64,000 nt of DNA from Ramazzottius varieornatus (taxonomy: Eukaryota; Animalia; Tardigrada), in assembly GCA_001949185.1 (NCBI GenBank), contig BDGG01000002.1, positions 5,384,448-5,448,447 of the forward strand, given 5' to 3'. How positions within the stretch are numbered: the first letter of the stretch is position 1; every line of letters begins with the position of its first letter. The position numbers and the translations under genes are program-made. The notes under the pieces are model-generated. The model made no database searches and was not told the origin of the DNA. It saw only the letters and a list, made by a program, of their open reading frames with translations. This document shows, piece after piece, positions 36,229-50,038 of this stretch.

Positions 36229-38981
36229 CTACGTTAGCAAGGGCGCACTTCTGTCCTTTACCTCTGTCGCGCTCAGACGATCCTTCTTAAAGCCACGAAT
36301 GCTGTCAAGGAGAGCAGTACGCTGTTTCCCGTCGGCAGATTTAGTTTCCGTTCTGTTGGCGCTTTCTGTCTTCGAAACAGAAGGTGCAGGCGGCGGTGCA
36401 GGGGGACTGTTTGGAAGCTTCCCGGGATCAGATGATGGAGGAAGTGGTGGTGGGGATGGTGGCGCCATCGTCGCTAAACTTTTGGTAACACTTGCTCCTG
36501 TTGCTCCTGAAACATTAGTCGACTTTACATCAAAATGTCAAAAAACAATCCGTGAAAAAGCCTGGATGCCAGAGTAAAAAATCAGATCACACAGAAAGAG
36601 CTGAAAGTATAACATGAACAAGACATGTCAGACCGGACCTTTTCGGGAGGACTACGCTTGGACCGTTGGAAGCTGCGACACAAAGGCTGCTCGAGTAGCT
36701 CAAGACAAAGAAGACGCATTTTAGAAAGACTGGACAGAAGTACTTGTAGAGCTGCTGGCTTCCTCGTCGTTCGTCCCTGGTGCAAAAGTTCGCTCATCTG
36801 AGCCACGTTCGGGAACATCCGCCGATGACAACTGAGATTTCAGCGATTGCTAAAAGGAAAATTCGTAAGCCGAAGAAGAACAAACAGAGTGTCGTCGTAT
36901 TCATTGTCACCCTACCAGTCGGCGTTTCTGCTTTTCATCTGCAGAAGATTTGTAAGACGACACTCTCAGCCCTTTCACATATTCGTGGTACTACGACAAA
37001 AAGGCGCAATACAAAACTGTTTTTGTTTGCTACGTCAAAATGCTTCCGGACAAACCTGGTTCTGCTCGGCCGAGTAACTTTCTTCCATTTCTACTTTGGC
37101 GGCTCTGACCGCTTCGTGCAGTTTCACGGGCATTCTCATGGCAGCTTCAGGATAGCTGGACAACACACTGTTGAAGAAAGGCTGTGTCAAGAGCATGGCC
37201 ACCGTCGGCATTCCTATTTTGCACGCCTACAGCAAAACGATTACACCAAAGATCTCTGACTAAGTCTGTGAGACTAACGCGAGAAAAGGATCCAGTAACT
37301 TGGCGGACCTCTGGCGTAAGGATGCTGTCAAGAACCGCTCGGATTAGCGGCGGACATTCCGGAGGGAAGACTTCGCACGAAGGTGAGTCCAGCGAGACAC
37401 CGAACACCATTTCATACAGGACATGGCCGAAGCAGTATACGTCGACCGCTTCGAAGGTCTACAACACAGGCTTGTATCGGCTCTAAATTGCCAGAAAGTT
37501 CTTTGCACAAGATGGTACGAGTACATACGTTGATTCTGCGGAACTGTACAATCCAAGGCCAGTAAAAGCTAGGCAGTCCGCAGACACCGCTTTCCAGCTC
37601 GGTGATCTGGATTCCGTTCTCGGTAACTAGCACATTCCTGCTTGTCAAGTTTCCTGCAATGTAAGAACGACATAAAGATTCGGCAAAGTTTAACGAGCAG
37701 TTCTAAAACACACCGTAGGGGATATCGCTGTCATGAAGAAACTTCAATGCTTCTAGGATAAGTCGACTGTAGAATGAAATGCGACTAAGGACCAGTCCAG
37801 GCGGACGATTTCCGGTCGTATGAGTTCGTGCCAAAAACGAGCAGTCGAGCCCAGCATCCTTGATTTCGTCTAGAAGACACCCTTGCACAGCTAGCGCTCG
37901 AACCACCGCAATACCGGTTTCGCTGGCCTCGGCGAAGGATAGCGGCGCGAACAAGGGGTGTTGCAGCCCAGAAAGGGCCTTGAGGAATCCACCCACGTCC
38001 GCTGTTGAAAGAACTTGCTTCTTCCCATAATACGTCTATAAGCCAGAACGGTAAGGCAGTGTCCGCACTATCATCAGTACTTCGACATACCCAAGAGGCA
38101 ATATGGGAGACCTTCCGCTTTTGGACGCCGTACCGGACGCCACAGAACTCTTTGTTGATTCTCCAGCCAATCTTTCTGTATTCCTCCTCGATGGTGTAGT
38201 GTTTGCTATTTCGAAGGTAGATTGCTAACAACTGGACAGCATACCCTAAGGCACAGCTGCACGGGTAAAGAATTTACGTAATGAGTAAGGCATGTGTAAG
38301 GGTACATTGCAGTGACTGTACCTGTAACCTCACGATAATAACAGATATTTCCGTACAGAAAGTCCTTGACAGGCTTGCTAGACAAGAAGAATAAGTCGTC
38401 CAGCACCGATTGCAGGTATTGCTGCAAAAGATGTCAAAAATCAGCGCCAGTCTACGGTAAGCTTCGAAGAGGGGTAATCGGCCATCGTAGCTGAATCGGC
38501 CATCCATCAGACTTGCTCCTATGACGTCAGAGGTCCCAGTGAATAAATATATGACCGAGTTACCGTTCTCGACCCGTTGCAAATTCTCTTTTTGAGAAAG
38601 TGTCTGAACGGAGCCTCATTCTGTTTACATACCTGGAGGAGTACCTGGCGTTCCCCAAGGATTTTTTCTTTGTTACCGAACGTTGTCTTTGGTGGTAATG
38701 GGTTTAGTGGTCGATAGACCGAGAGCCTGTCGTTCAGATCCACAAAGTGGTTGTATCGCTTTCTGAACTCGTTGAACAATTTCGGTCTGTGAGGAACAGA
38801 TATCCGGATAACATACTCCTAAAACAGCGGATGTTTCTCGTACGGCTGCGTCGGTAAACAGATACAACGAAGGTATTTTCCCCCGACTTACGGTATGTCC
38901 ATCTACTACACGACTTTCCTCGAAGGAGCAGGTCAGTGGACGAAATGCGTCCAAGTCTTCTCCTGCACAGGTGTGAGCCAT
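36229..38981 (-). CDS. PXK: PX domain-containing kinase-like protein (PX, pseudokinase, Pro-rich, WH2)
   Basis: GHT/EYVIRI...RKRYNHFVDL...PLPPKTTFGN, IGWRINKEF, LILEALKFLH, VDVYCFGHVLYEM, ACKIGMPT, C-terminal RTALLDSIRGFKKDRL...DRSAP. Confidence 0.9.
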
Positions 38982-39140
38982 GTCCGGCCTGTTTTCATTG
39001 GTACTATCGCCCAGTCCAAGACCCTAGCACGCAATTCCAAGAAAAGAACACACAGTCCTACCGTGTCTGAGGCGACGGGAACTTGCAGGAACGAGAGAAT
39101 CACAACCAATTTAACGAACGTCGCAGGCATCAACTACCAA

Positions 39141-39324
39141 TATAGAGATTGCGACCGACAACGCACTAGCACAATTCGTACGCACAAGAACATCGTGATG
39201 CCATACGCAAACATTGTGCGACTGTTTTAACACAGCGCCTACGAGACGAACTTATTCCTATGATGTCACGATGTTCCCATGCGTATCGAATTGTGCCAGT
39301 GCGCTTTCGGTCGCAATCGCTATA
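39141..39324. mobile_element. 184-bp MITE with ~65-bp inverted arms upstream of PXK
   Basis: tatagagattgcgaccgacaacgcactagcacaattcg versus reverse complement of right end tatagcgattgcgaccgaaagcgcactggcacaattcg. TA flanks. Same terminus as the 9022-10119 element. Confidence 0.85.
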
Positions 39325-41246
39325 ATAGTAGTTAATTCTCTAAAGTAGTTAATTTTGCTGTCGCGTTGGGCCGCTTCCGTTGATTGCGCTCCTTGATTTG
39401 TTTGTGTTTTCAGTTGTTATTGATTGGATGATTGCCCATCCGCCGGCGACCACGCTCTTTTTTATTCGAATCCGTTGTTCACGCCCGTTGGTCGCGCCCG
39501 TTGTCCACAAGTCGTTCTGTTGGCTGCAGGCTCTTCTCATTTCACGAAACCTCGACTACGAATGCACAGTTTTACTCAAACACTGCGATAAAAGTGGGGA
39601 TCGGTTTCGTGGCGGGACACAAATTCTACGACAGTACATGAGCCGCGGTGTACCGTGCGGCTAAGTTGATTTCTTGTAAGGACACTAGTCATCAACATGC
39701 AGCCTTAGCCATCTGTAGCGTAAAGGGAAAGTCAAGTTACCATTTTCGGCTTCCTTACCTACCCATTCACGGAAGTTCTTTATTAGTGGGCTAGAAAAAG
39801 GACTTGGCCGCCCTATCTACAGGTTGATGAGGCCGGCTGTAAGCAAACCGATAGGCTCCTGGCCATGGCCCCTAGGAAGTTCTCCTCGTTATTTCCGGGT
39901 CTGTGTCGGTCTGCCTCACCTTTACTAGCTTATCAGGAGCACTTCATTTGATGTATAAGTTAGCTTAAGAAAGGATACGGAAATAAAACAGTCGCCGGTA
40001 CACGGTCCACCACGAATCGCTTGCACAGCAGAGAGCATGCAAACGATCGTTTCACTCTGACCACCGCTACGAAAGCCCATTGGCTTCTCGCAGTTACATC
40101 GGCAGCTCGCAGCAATGTCGCAACCCCAGGTTTGACGACCAATAAAGTCCACGAAAAGTCTTGAGGATTATTTCGTGAACTCTTACCAGTGCCAAGTCTG
40201 GGGGAGCTGACCCGGGATACGTAGGTAAAATTCGCTCGCACGTAGATTTTGTCCGGAGGATTCAATATCTGGATGCATCTTCAAGAACCATGCTCAGTCT
40301 GTAGAATTTCGACGAGGAAGTACAAGCTTCACAAACTCGAATCTGCAAGCAATATATAGGAATGCAGAATACGGGCTCTGCGGTATCGATTTTCAAATTG
40401 CCATGATTGCTCAAAACCACTTGAATCTATTCCGTTAGACACTACATGCTAAGCCATTGTAGGTCGACTAGAGGAAGCAACTGCGACCTTCGCGTCCGGT
40501 AAAAAAAACTGGTTTGTTTACTCCATCGACCAGCGCAAGACACCGTCGCTCTGGCGGCTCTGTCCATCGTTCCCTGACGACACCGTGACAAAGACACCTG
40601 TCTTTCGCTTGTTGCTCAAGGTGGCGGTAATAGCACGCTGGCTTACCTCGTATTGGTTGTTGTTGAGCAAGCAATTTAGACTGGACGGTAAAAGCAGAGC
40701 TTTAGTTTGTTCACGGTGTGAAAATTGAAGCAAAGTTTTTTTCTTCCTTGTCAGCCCTGTTCATGCGAGACATCACCGGCTGCATCCGCCGTATCCGACA
40801 GAGACTGCTCGTGTAGGCTACGGATGGTAGTCGAGATAATTACTGGTCATGGTGTGGCTTACTGCTCGACCACGTCCATTCTCTAAGCCTGATTCCATTG
40901 TAAACTGGGTACCAAGCATCAGCTACGTACCGTTTCTTGACACGATCCATTCGTCTGAGCAGTCAGTGGCCTTTTTTTAATCCTGGTCACGTCGTACAAC
41001 ACGTCTTTGGTCCATTAGATAAGGATGGCTTTCACGATCAATGCATAACCTCCTGGTGTTAAAACCGAAAATAAAGACTTTTGGTGACAGCGAAATGTTT
41101 AGAAATGTTCGAACAGGTGTCAGAAAGACCGAGGTTTAACGACACTTGTAATGGTGGTAAAGTCCTATGCACAGCAACGAGTGTATTTCTAGCTGAGGAC
41201 AAACGGGGAATAGAAACGTCCGAGGCTGATGTTACAGGGCGGACTG

Positions 41247-44200
41247 TCATCCGTTGGTTACCGTGTTGACAAAGTCCAGATGACAGTACGGACTACCTCC
41301 AGAGTCGCCCACCACGACTTCCGTTTCCTTGATGGTGCGAGCGATTTGGCAGCCTTGCTTGTAAAAGTGTTGAATCTCGCGCAACTTGGGCTCGATGTGA
41401 CCTGGAAGAGGGCGGAGATATGGTTCGCTGGACCAACCTACATGAGCAAGTTTGAATTTGACTCGTACACTGCTACAACAGAAGAGTTTTTCAACAGAAA
41501 AGTTGCTCACAAGCATTCATCATGTTCCAACACTGCTCGTCAAAGTAGGGCAAACGTTCTGGTCGGATCCCTAAATGAGGGAGAAAGCAAGCAATTAACG
41601 TTGATTCAAAGTAGCGAAACTAGGCCAGGTTTCACAGCAACGTCCAACGCACCCTTACGAACTGAAGATCGGAGCATGTCTTTCGACATCGAAGGCTCGA
41701 ACGCCGTTGGTAGCTTCACCGAGCCGGTACACAAAAACCACAGGAGGATACCGAAAGCGTAGATGTCCACACTGTGATCATACTTTTGTCCTGCGGTCAA
41801 AGGCAAATGATCATACATATACACAATATCCAGTTACATATACACAATAACAGTTATAGGAGCGGTGACAGGCGACCATGAAGTTATTTCGTACCGGTGA
41901 AAATTTCGGGAGCCATATGAATTGGTGTGCCGACAACGCTACCCGATAGCAACGCCTGCGGTTTGCAGAAACCCAGGTCGGTCAGTTTAGCTCGGTATGT
42001 CTTGTCCAGCTGAAAGAATACAGTCGGTGTCTCAACTAGAAAAATTGGTATATATCGGTTTGTTCCTGGGGCAGCTTTCAGCTTACCAACACGTTTTTCA
42101 GTTTTATGTCGCGGTGAACTAAACCCTGGCTGTGAAGGAAGCGAATACCCTCGATCACCTGAAAGAAAGAGCTTCAGTGAGCGTTCGCTTTACACAGACT
42201 GAAAGATACATACATCAATGGCAATCTGGAGTCTGGTGATCCACGGTATGCCACATTTCAAAGCGGAATGAAGATCCTACAAAACGAACCCCGACTATTT
42301 CAATACGCCACGTGCTCTATTTGAGGGAGCTCTTCCCTACCCGAGGCATACGCTCCATGACGAATAGTACAGCTGCTTGTTCGTTATGGACGTTATAGCC
42401 GTAGTCTATGACGCTTCCATAGAACGATATGATGCGAGGATGTTTGGGCACACATCTGAAAGGACCCTCGTTAGCCCCTCAAGGAACCGTAATTATGTTC
42501 ATGCGAAAGCACTAAAATGAAACTGAAACTCACCTAGTGTAGAAATATTCCAGTGACAGATCATACCAGTGTGAATCGTCGGGCGGCACGATCTGCAGCA
42601 AGAAGGCTCAATATCATTTGCTAAAGTACCGCAACCCAAAAAAGAGTATCGAACCTTACCGATTTTATGGCGCATGGCGAGAAGCCCGCCCAGGAGTCGC
42701 ACGCAAACACGACTCCGTACTGTCCGCGTCCAATTTCTTTACCCAACTTCGGCTGTCCGTGAAGAATGAGATCTTTAGTCGAAGCGCTTTCCAAAGCGAG
42801 TTTTGCCATTTTGGGTGCATATTGTCGCCGGACACTCAAACGAACTTTCTCCACCTTCTCCAAACGTTCGGCATGCTTCTGCTCCAACTGACGAACGGAT
42901 GTGAGGAAATGTTCGTGGGCTTGTTGAAGCTTCAGCTTGAACTGGCCCAGAATATTCTTGGCCAGTTTCGATGCCGACAAAGAACGTATCATCTCGCTGG
43001 CGATCTCCCGCTTCCATTCCTTGTTCACCGTTGTCGAGGAGCTCCAATGAAGGGACTGGACGAACTGTCGTAGTCGTTCGTAAAAGACATGACGAATGGA
43101 CGAACTCGTGGCCGGGTTTAGCTGGATTTGGTACGCAGCGTCGAAGATACGCTTCAGGGCGTTCGCAGCAGAAGGGTGGCTCTTGTCTTCCGTCAACTCC
43201 AGTCCTTCCAAGCACCGATACAACGTACCTGCGGAATAAGATTACTAGATGTTATTATAATTACGCAGTATTTCGTTATAGCCTTGTCAGAGGGGAGCCA
43301 AGCGTTTCATTACGTCAGACTTGGCATCCGGGTTCTTGGGGAACGGGTCCTTACCTGTTACTGTTTCGCGCAGACAATTCAGCGAGCTCATCAACCTATT
43401 GACCACCGCAGAGCTGATCTTTGAAAGGACGACTTCACGGATTTCTTCCGCACATAGCTGCTGGTCTTTCGGGCTTTGTGGGCCTCCAGGTACCGCACCC
43501 TCTACAAGCTCGGCACCTGCAAAGTGTACAGTGAGCGGTAAGAGCTGCTGCCATGCATAACATGCCACTTATAGCGGAAACGTACTGAGACTGTAGGAGG
43601 GAGAAAAATTCTCCACTTCGTCTAGTAGGCCTTCCTTGATAGATGCGACAGTCTCTTGGATGATGTTTTCTATTTCAGCCTGCTTCATGTTGGCCACCCC
43701 GTTGAGGTCTTCAAACAGACTGGTTTCCTTTTCCCGAACATATATCAATCGCTTTGGTGTAATGCAGAGATCTCTGGCAACGTCGAACGCAAAAGTTGTC
43801 AACATCTTCAGGATTCTCTCTGCAAATTAGACAGGTCGACTGACGCTGATCGCGTTGGGTGAAGCGACTAGTGGTGTAACGCGACGCTCACCGTGAATAC
43901 TGAACAAGCAGCTTCCCACTTCCAGCAGCCGGGAGTGGAGAGTCATCTTTGCAAAAGAGTCAATGGCAGGCAGCTGCTGGTCACCATACACCAAATCGCA
44001 TCCCGTAGGTCGCGGTTGACCTTCGGGGGTTTCTGGTGGAGCCAGGTAACCCAGCTGGAGAAGCTGGTGGTGGACTTCACCGGCGGATTGACTGGGTATG
44101 ACATCGGGGCTGTCAGGGCCCATACTGGAAGACAATAAGGCTTCGTGATTGACACGGACAACAGCGGCAAGTGATCAATAGTACGGATTGCTTATAGACT

Positions 44201-45335
44201 AATACATCATGAAACTCAACATATGGGATGTCTTGAGCCATCGAAGACCGCACTGAGAGTACCTGAGTGGTTCTCCGTCCGGACAAAGAAACAAAATGGA
44301 GACATGGGTCGGCACTGTTCTTAGTTGACTGAGGTACGTCGTGTCCTGCAGGAGGAAAGTGCTCAACGAACTGGGAAGTATCAAACCATCTGTCGCTCGT
44401 GCTGACTTCTGTGCCTATGCAAATTTAGTACTTGCAACCTACCTCTTCAGAAAGTGTTCGACCCGCTATGTTGTACACAAAAACTGGTAGAGTCCCTTCG
44501 GAAAAGATCTTCGACGACGCTTCCATTGTCAATGTCCGCTGATTGGGCACCACCAGTATCCGCCAACCCGAAACCATCAGCTCATCGTCGACGCTAATCT
44601 CAAGCACTGCCTCATTCGAGGCCGTATCTCCACTTTCCTTGTTCTGTAAACCGCATAGAGTCAAGTTTGGTTTCTTCCCCAGGCAGTGAGCACCATAAAT
44701 TTTGGAAGGTATCGAATAGCTAGATAGTGCTTAACCATGGCTTTGGCTTAAACTAGCCGGAAGACAATTAGTCACTGTCACACAACAACCGGAATTTAGC
44801 AATGTCTTACAAACAAACTTCATTGATTATACTTCACCATGAGCAAATTATCGTGAACAGGAACGCTTTCTCTTCCGGCAGCACGCGCCAGAGCACCGTC
44901 TATAACTTCGAAGTTACCGGCGACGGAGAGGCTATATCCCTTGCGAACTCCATAGGAGATCCGTAAAAGACGCCATCCAATTGGTGAAGGTGGTAGGGTC
45001 TCTGGAAGAATCGGTCTTTTTACTATCGCATTGACCAGTGCCAAGCTCGCAGCATAGTCCCCAAGCAAGATCAACGTAGGAGTGTTCTCTGTTGTTGCAG
45101 TGATGCAAAGGTCCTCGCTGCGGAGAACCCCAACTTGTGCCAGGAACTCTGCGGAACAAAAGAAGTTACTTAACATACCACGAGGTGTAGTTGGTTCTCA
45201 CTTTGACGTACCTGAGTCAAAGTTCCCCGACTGTACCAAGTCTTTCAAACATAGCTTCGTGTCCCGGAAGTTCTGTCGCAGCAACTTGCAGATTTGCAGA
45301 TGTTTCTTTATCTCGAGCACCAAAGCCGCCGACAT
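41247..45335 (-). CDS. DSTYK: Dual serine/threonine and tyrosine protein kinase (Dusty/RIPK5); multi-exon
   Basis: [10 protein letters not shown]-terminus, [86 protein letters not shown]. Confidence 0.93.
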
Positions 45336-46826
45336 GGTTACGTGCTCGGGCCTCGAACCTGAGAGCTTCCAGGGAGTGGGAGTGGTGCTTAGAAATCTTG
45401 TGGCGCTCCTAACTGCGGCATTCAAACCATCCCCGATTCATTTTTCCGACGGACGCGTAAAGAGAGTCGTCATCTCGTTACGTGATGCAAAGCACTGTTC
45501 GGGCATTCTTGCTCCAGTGAGAAGCGCCGTCTCACATTAGGTCCTACACAGATACAGATTGAAACGGTTGAGCATCAACGACATCGGGATCGAACAGGAA
45601 AGACTTACGCAGCGCTCCATGTCCAAAAGATGGGCAATGTCGTTGCAGATGGTCGGTGACAATGCCGTCAATGCGCCACAGGAAAGATGGTAACTTGCGA
45701 CAGGCGCATTGAGTGAGGAATCAAGAATGCCAGATATACAGATTACCCATGAACCAACGGGTCCTGTACCGATCCTGTTCACGTCCCGAACGACCTGCCA
45801 CCAGGGACAGAACGACGCGTCACCAGAGTAGCTAGTGCGCACAGGCGCAGCCTGTTTGCGCTAGTGATACTGCGCAGTTCTTAGCTGGGCGGAGCATACT
45901 AATGACGCATCGCGTTTCAAAACGCCCCATGGCGGCAAGTTGCCGAACAGATAAAACTGAAATCTCACTGAAAATCTCAGTTGAGTCTGTTCGGCCATTC
46001 CGATAACATCAGTATATAGGAAGCGTTTCGTTCCCGATAACCGGTTTCGTGAACCACATGCGCGGTTGGTTCTCCAGTAAACCGCTGCAAGAGAAGGTAA
46101 CGAATGAATCAGCTGAACAAGAGTGAGTCTCTATAAGTCTTGTCAAATACCTCTAGCAAAACTCGATAGCTGGCCGCCAGGCTACGGGCCTGTCCGAAAC
46201 TAGAGATTAAGTTACCAATCCCGTTCACTTTGCAACTGTAGCTACGGCCTTGCTCCACCCCTTTCGTGACGTGTAACTACATTTTGCTTGCCGGAGCTCC
46301 CCTTATTTTCGAAAAATAGCGTAATCGGAGTTGCGGTTGGCTGGCATTGGGAAGCATGGTGGCTGCCCAACTATTCAAAGTTCTGATCAGCTGCTGCGCT
46401 TATGAGTGACGTTGCAACCCATCTTAGCTACAGTGGGACTTTCATCTGGCGATGGCAACTTAATGTCTGTACTTGTGCGGACTTGTCCGAACGTGTTTCG
46501 ACGGAAGCAAACCCTGTAGAATCAAAGAAAGGAAACGGATTGGCAGCGAAGCGGGTCGGATTCAAAGCGGATCGCATCGCGGTCAAAAACGGGCCGGACC
46601 GAGAACGCCCGAAAACGAGAACGGACTGGGAACGACTGCGCACCCGGATCTTGAATCGACCTTGGGAAATACAGCTCACGGAGTCATGCCCACTCCGCTC
46701 GTTCGTCGTTCCGCGTCTTCTGTGGACCTGATCTTTCTTTCTTGGGTAGGTAAGATGGAAATTAGAAACTACTGGCTTATCCTTCCGACATATGCTCACC
46801 TGTTGCTCTCTCTTTTTATACCTCGG

Positions 46827-46855
46827 TTGTGTGGAGTTTGTGTGGAGTTTGTGTG
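46827..46855. repeat. 11-bp tandem repeat (ttgtgtggagt) x2.6
   Basis: ttgtgtggagt ttgtgtggagt ttgtgtg upstream of the CapZ-alpha ATG. Confidence 0.75.
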
Positions 46856-47070
46856 AAGGACACTCGAAACGCCTTGAGGGCGTGAATTCTTCGATATTCC
46901 ACCAATGAGCGAGATGAGCTATGAATTCGAAATATCCGGATTTCTTATATCAATTCCATTGGTTTGAAGAGAATCTTCCCTTCTTTTCCTCTGGAGTTCC
47001 TGATATCGACAGCATCCTTCTGTTGCAGAACTAGATTTCCAGGATCCCGCACGACGTGGTTTTGCCCAGA

Positions 47071-48787
47071 ATGTCTGCCTACAACGAGACTATCACGGAA
47101 GAAGACAAGGTACGTGTCAATCGGACGATTCTAATCTACGATCATCGCTAGAAAAAGTGGAAGGTGGATCCGTCGCTTCTACCGAAGTTCTTACCTGCGC
47201 TGACTGATACTGTTATAATCCCAAGATTACCAGGATGCTTGGATTGGATGGTGCGAAAGGAGTGCTATCCCTTGCCCCAAGCAGATACGACTCACTCGGG
47301 CTGATCGTTGAGCCTCGCATGCATCCTTCTCTTCAGATGCCAGCATTACCAATGTTCCTGTCCGTCTATATGATCTTTAACTTGCAGGTCTAGATTTCAG
47401 AACGGTTGTTTGATTCCAGGTTAGCATTGTCTCACGCTTTCTTCTTCATGCTCCACCAGGAGAATTCAACGAAGTTTTCAACGGTGAGACTAGATATTTT
47501 GTCGCTCACAATGGTTAAGTCCGCATAGAACAATGTACAAAATTAATATAAAATTGTTTCTCATGTTTTAGATGTGCGAACTCTTCTGAATGATGATTCC
47601 TTACTAAAAGAGCGTCTTTCGGGGTACGTGCTACACCTTATTTGCTTCGCCTATGCTTTCTAGTCCATATTTTTCGATTTAATGTGATCGGTGATCGTGT
47701 AGTTTTTGGTCAACGTCTAACTAAGGTAGCTCAATACGCCGTCGCTAGAGAATGAGCAGTTTTGTTGTAGTTTACTATACCATGATTTTGTTACAGGAGT
47801 TTCTCCCAGTATAACAAAGACCAGTTTACACCCGTACGGATAGATGGTGCCGATTTAGCTGTAAGAATACTGCATTTTACGAGCTCTCCTTTTATGGTTA
47901 TCGAGATAATGCAATGTTGTTTGTCCAGGTGATAATCAGTGAACACAACGATGTTGGGCGGAATAGATTCTACGACCCGCGATCAAAGCGCTCGTTTAAG
48001 TTTGACCATTTGCGGAAGGAAGCTTCGGAAGTTCAGCAGCAAGAGTTCGCCGATGCCAGAACGGAGTCGTGGAGATCGGCATTCGAAGCCCACTTCGCCA
48101 ACTACGTTGACAACTACTACAAACACGGAGTGTGCAGCGTCTTTGCAAAGTCGGACGGATCACAGATGACGATCGTAGCATGCATCGAAGATCATCAGTT
48201 CCAGCCCAAAAACTTTTGGTTGGTTCTTCAGTTATCATTCAGTTGCTTGATCAGTCTATTCATCTTCGGGCTTTGCAGGAATGGAAGATGGCGCGCACAG
48301 TGGTCCTTGACGTTCTCACCTGGCCAGAGTACTGCCGAACTGCGCGGCGTTGTCAAAGTCCAGGTATAAAATTTCCCTGGTTCATCCACCGGTCTTCGAG
48401 TCATCTTCGAACAGTCTCTGTAACTTCAGGTGCATTACTATGAAGACGGAAATGTGCAGCTCGTCAGTTCGAAAGAGATCAAAGAGGAAGTGTCCATCAC
48501 GGTAATTTCTTCATTTGGCAATACGTACGTTTGGTCAGATCAAAGCAGTCTTATGGTATGTGGCCCAATTACAGGGCGAAGCTGAGACAGCCCGAAACGT
48601 TATCCAGATAGTTCAGGAAGCAGAGAACGACTATCAAACAGGTGTCTCGGAGAACTACAGTACGATGTCCGAAACGACGTTCAAAGCATTACGGCGCCAG
48701 CTGCCACTAACCAGAACAAAGATTGACTGGGGAAAGATCACGGGTTACCGGATTGGCAACGAACTGGTCAAAACGGACGGCAGATGA
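47071..48787 (+). CDS. CAPZA: F-actin capping protein subunit alpha
   Basis: [82 protein letters not shown]. Confidence 0.97.
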
Positions 48788-49313
48788 GGAATTACAGGAT
48801 TTGGTTTAGTCGGTTACGTTCAATGCCTATCCGCGGACTTTTTTTTATGATATAACAGTAGGTTTCTCTTTACTACCATGTTTTCTGTTGCGCTTCAAGT
48901 TCGCTGTCCTGTATATAACAACGTTTTTAAACATAAATTTTCCTTGGTTCACCTGCATTATAGTTAATCGCGCTTCATCAGAACTTAAGAGCTGCTGATG
49001 ACTAATGATCGCCTGCATACTGGTTTAGCATCTTAAACCCGAAAACTGTTTATTGTCTTTGACTTTTCGGCGGCATTCGATGCATATACAGTAGAAGCGA
49101 CCAAAAACATTCGGACGGCAAGTTCGAAACATCCGTTTTGCTCCTCACGGCTCCCGTGTATACGTATCCGCGGCCAGTGGGCAGTAAGTTACGGTTGACT
49201 AGTGGTTCACTACAATACTGGAAATAGCGCTGTACCGCGATACAGAGTATTGTCAACTTTTTCTTTTTTCTCGGGTCCCGAGTCGGAGAATCCCGCCTTA
49301 TAACTACTTCGGA

Positions 49314-49425
49314 GTTCCGATCATTTCGGACGTACGTGCCCGAATACTATACCGTGGGCCATGCATAGTGTGTACTGCATGGCCTACGGTACAAATTCTG
49401 TCGAGTTGTCCGAAATGATCGGAAC
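49314..49425. repeat. Near-perfect intergenic palindrome (hairpin)
   Basis: Perfect 18-bp outer arms gttccgatcatttcggac/gtccgaaatgatcggaac and 15/16 inner arms taccgtgggccatgca/tgcatggcctacggta around a 10-nt loop. Confidence 0.85.
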
Positions 49426-50038
49426 AATCAAAGTCTCCTGGACCCGTAGGGCCGAACCAGCGTCGGCGGGGAACTCTCCGAGGGAAATTGTACTTTCGAA
49501 AAATCGAGTTATTCGACATCACCATCACGCCATGACGCCCGGGGAAATTTCAGGTTCAATGGAAGGTCAGTCCGAAGCACGTTGAGTCAACAGAGTCAGC
49601 TGATAACTGATACGTCAGTCTGCAGCCTTCATGAGCGCAAGCAGTCTTCTTCTCCGTCTTCGCTGCTTGCTGCTTCACCTCGCCTTGACGAGATCATTCC
49701 TCACAGCGATGAGGAATCTCTAAACGACTGCTAAGCTGGCCAGCTTATTCTGTTCTGGACATCCGTATTGGAAGGAATCTCCGTTTTGCTACTGTTGGAT
49801 AACGCTTATTACGAGACTATTCCGTTCCTACTTCTGCCGCAGAATTCTCTGCTCTACTTCGCAGCTCTAACAGCTGGGAAGCTAAAGAGACCTGTATCCG
49901 CCATCTACGGTGTGATTCTACTTCATGGCGTCACTCCGGCCGGTGAATCTGGTATCTGCGACCCTTCCGAAAGCTCCGCTAAACCGGCTTGTACGCCTCG
50001 GAGGAAAGTGATCCCGTGAGGTTCTGCTTGCGATCGAC

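Noticed and set aside
37400-37780. PXK lacks canonical kinase catalytic motifs
   Set aside because: PXK is an established pseudokinase.
41814-41857. Two-copy direct repeat tacatatacacaata..cagtta in a DSTYK intron
   Set aside because: Ordinary slippage duplication, not at the splice junctions.
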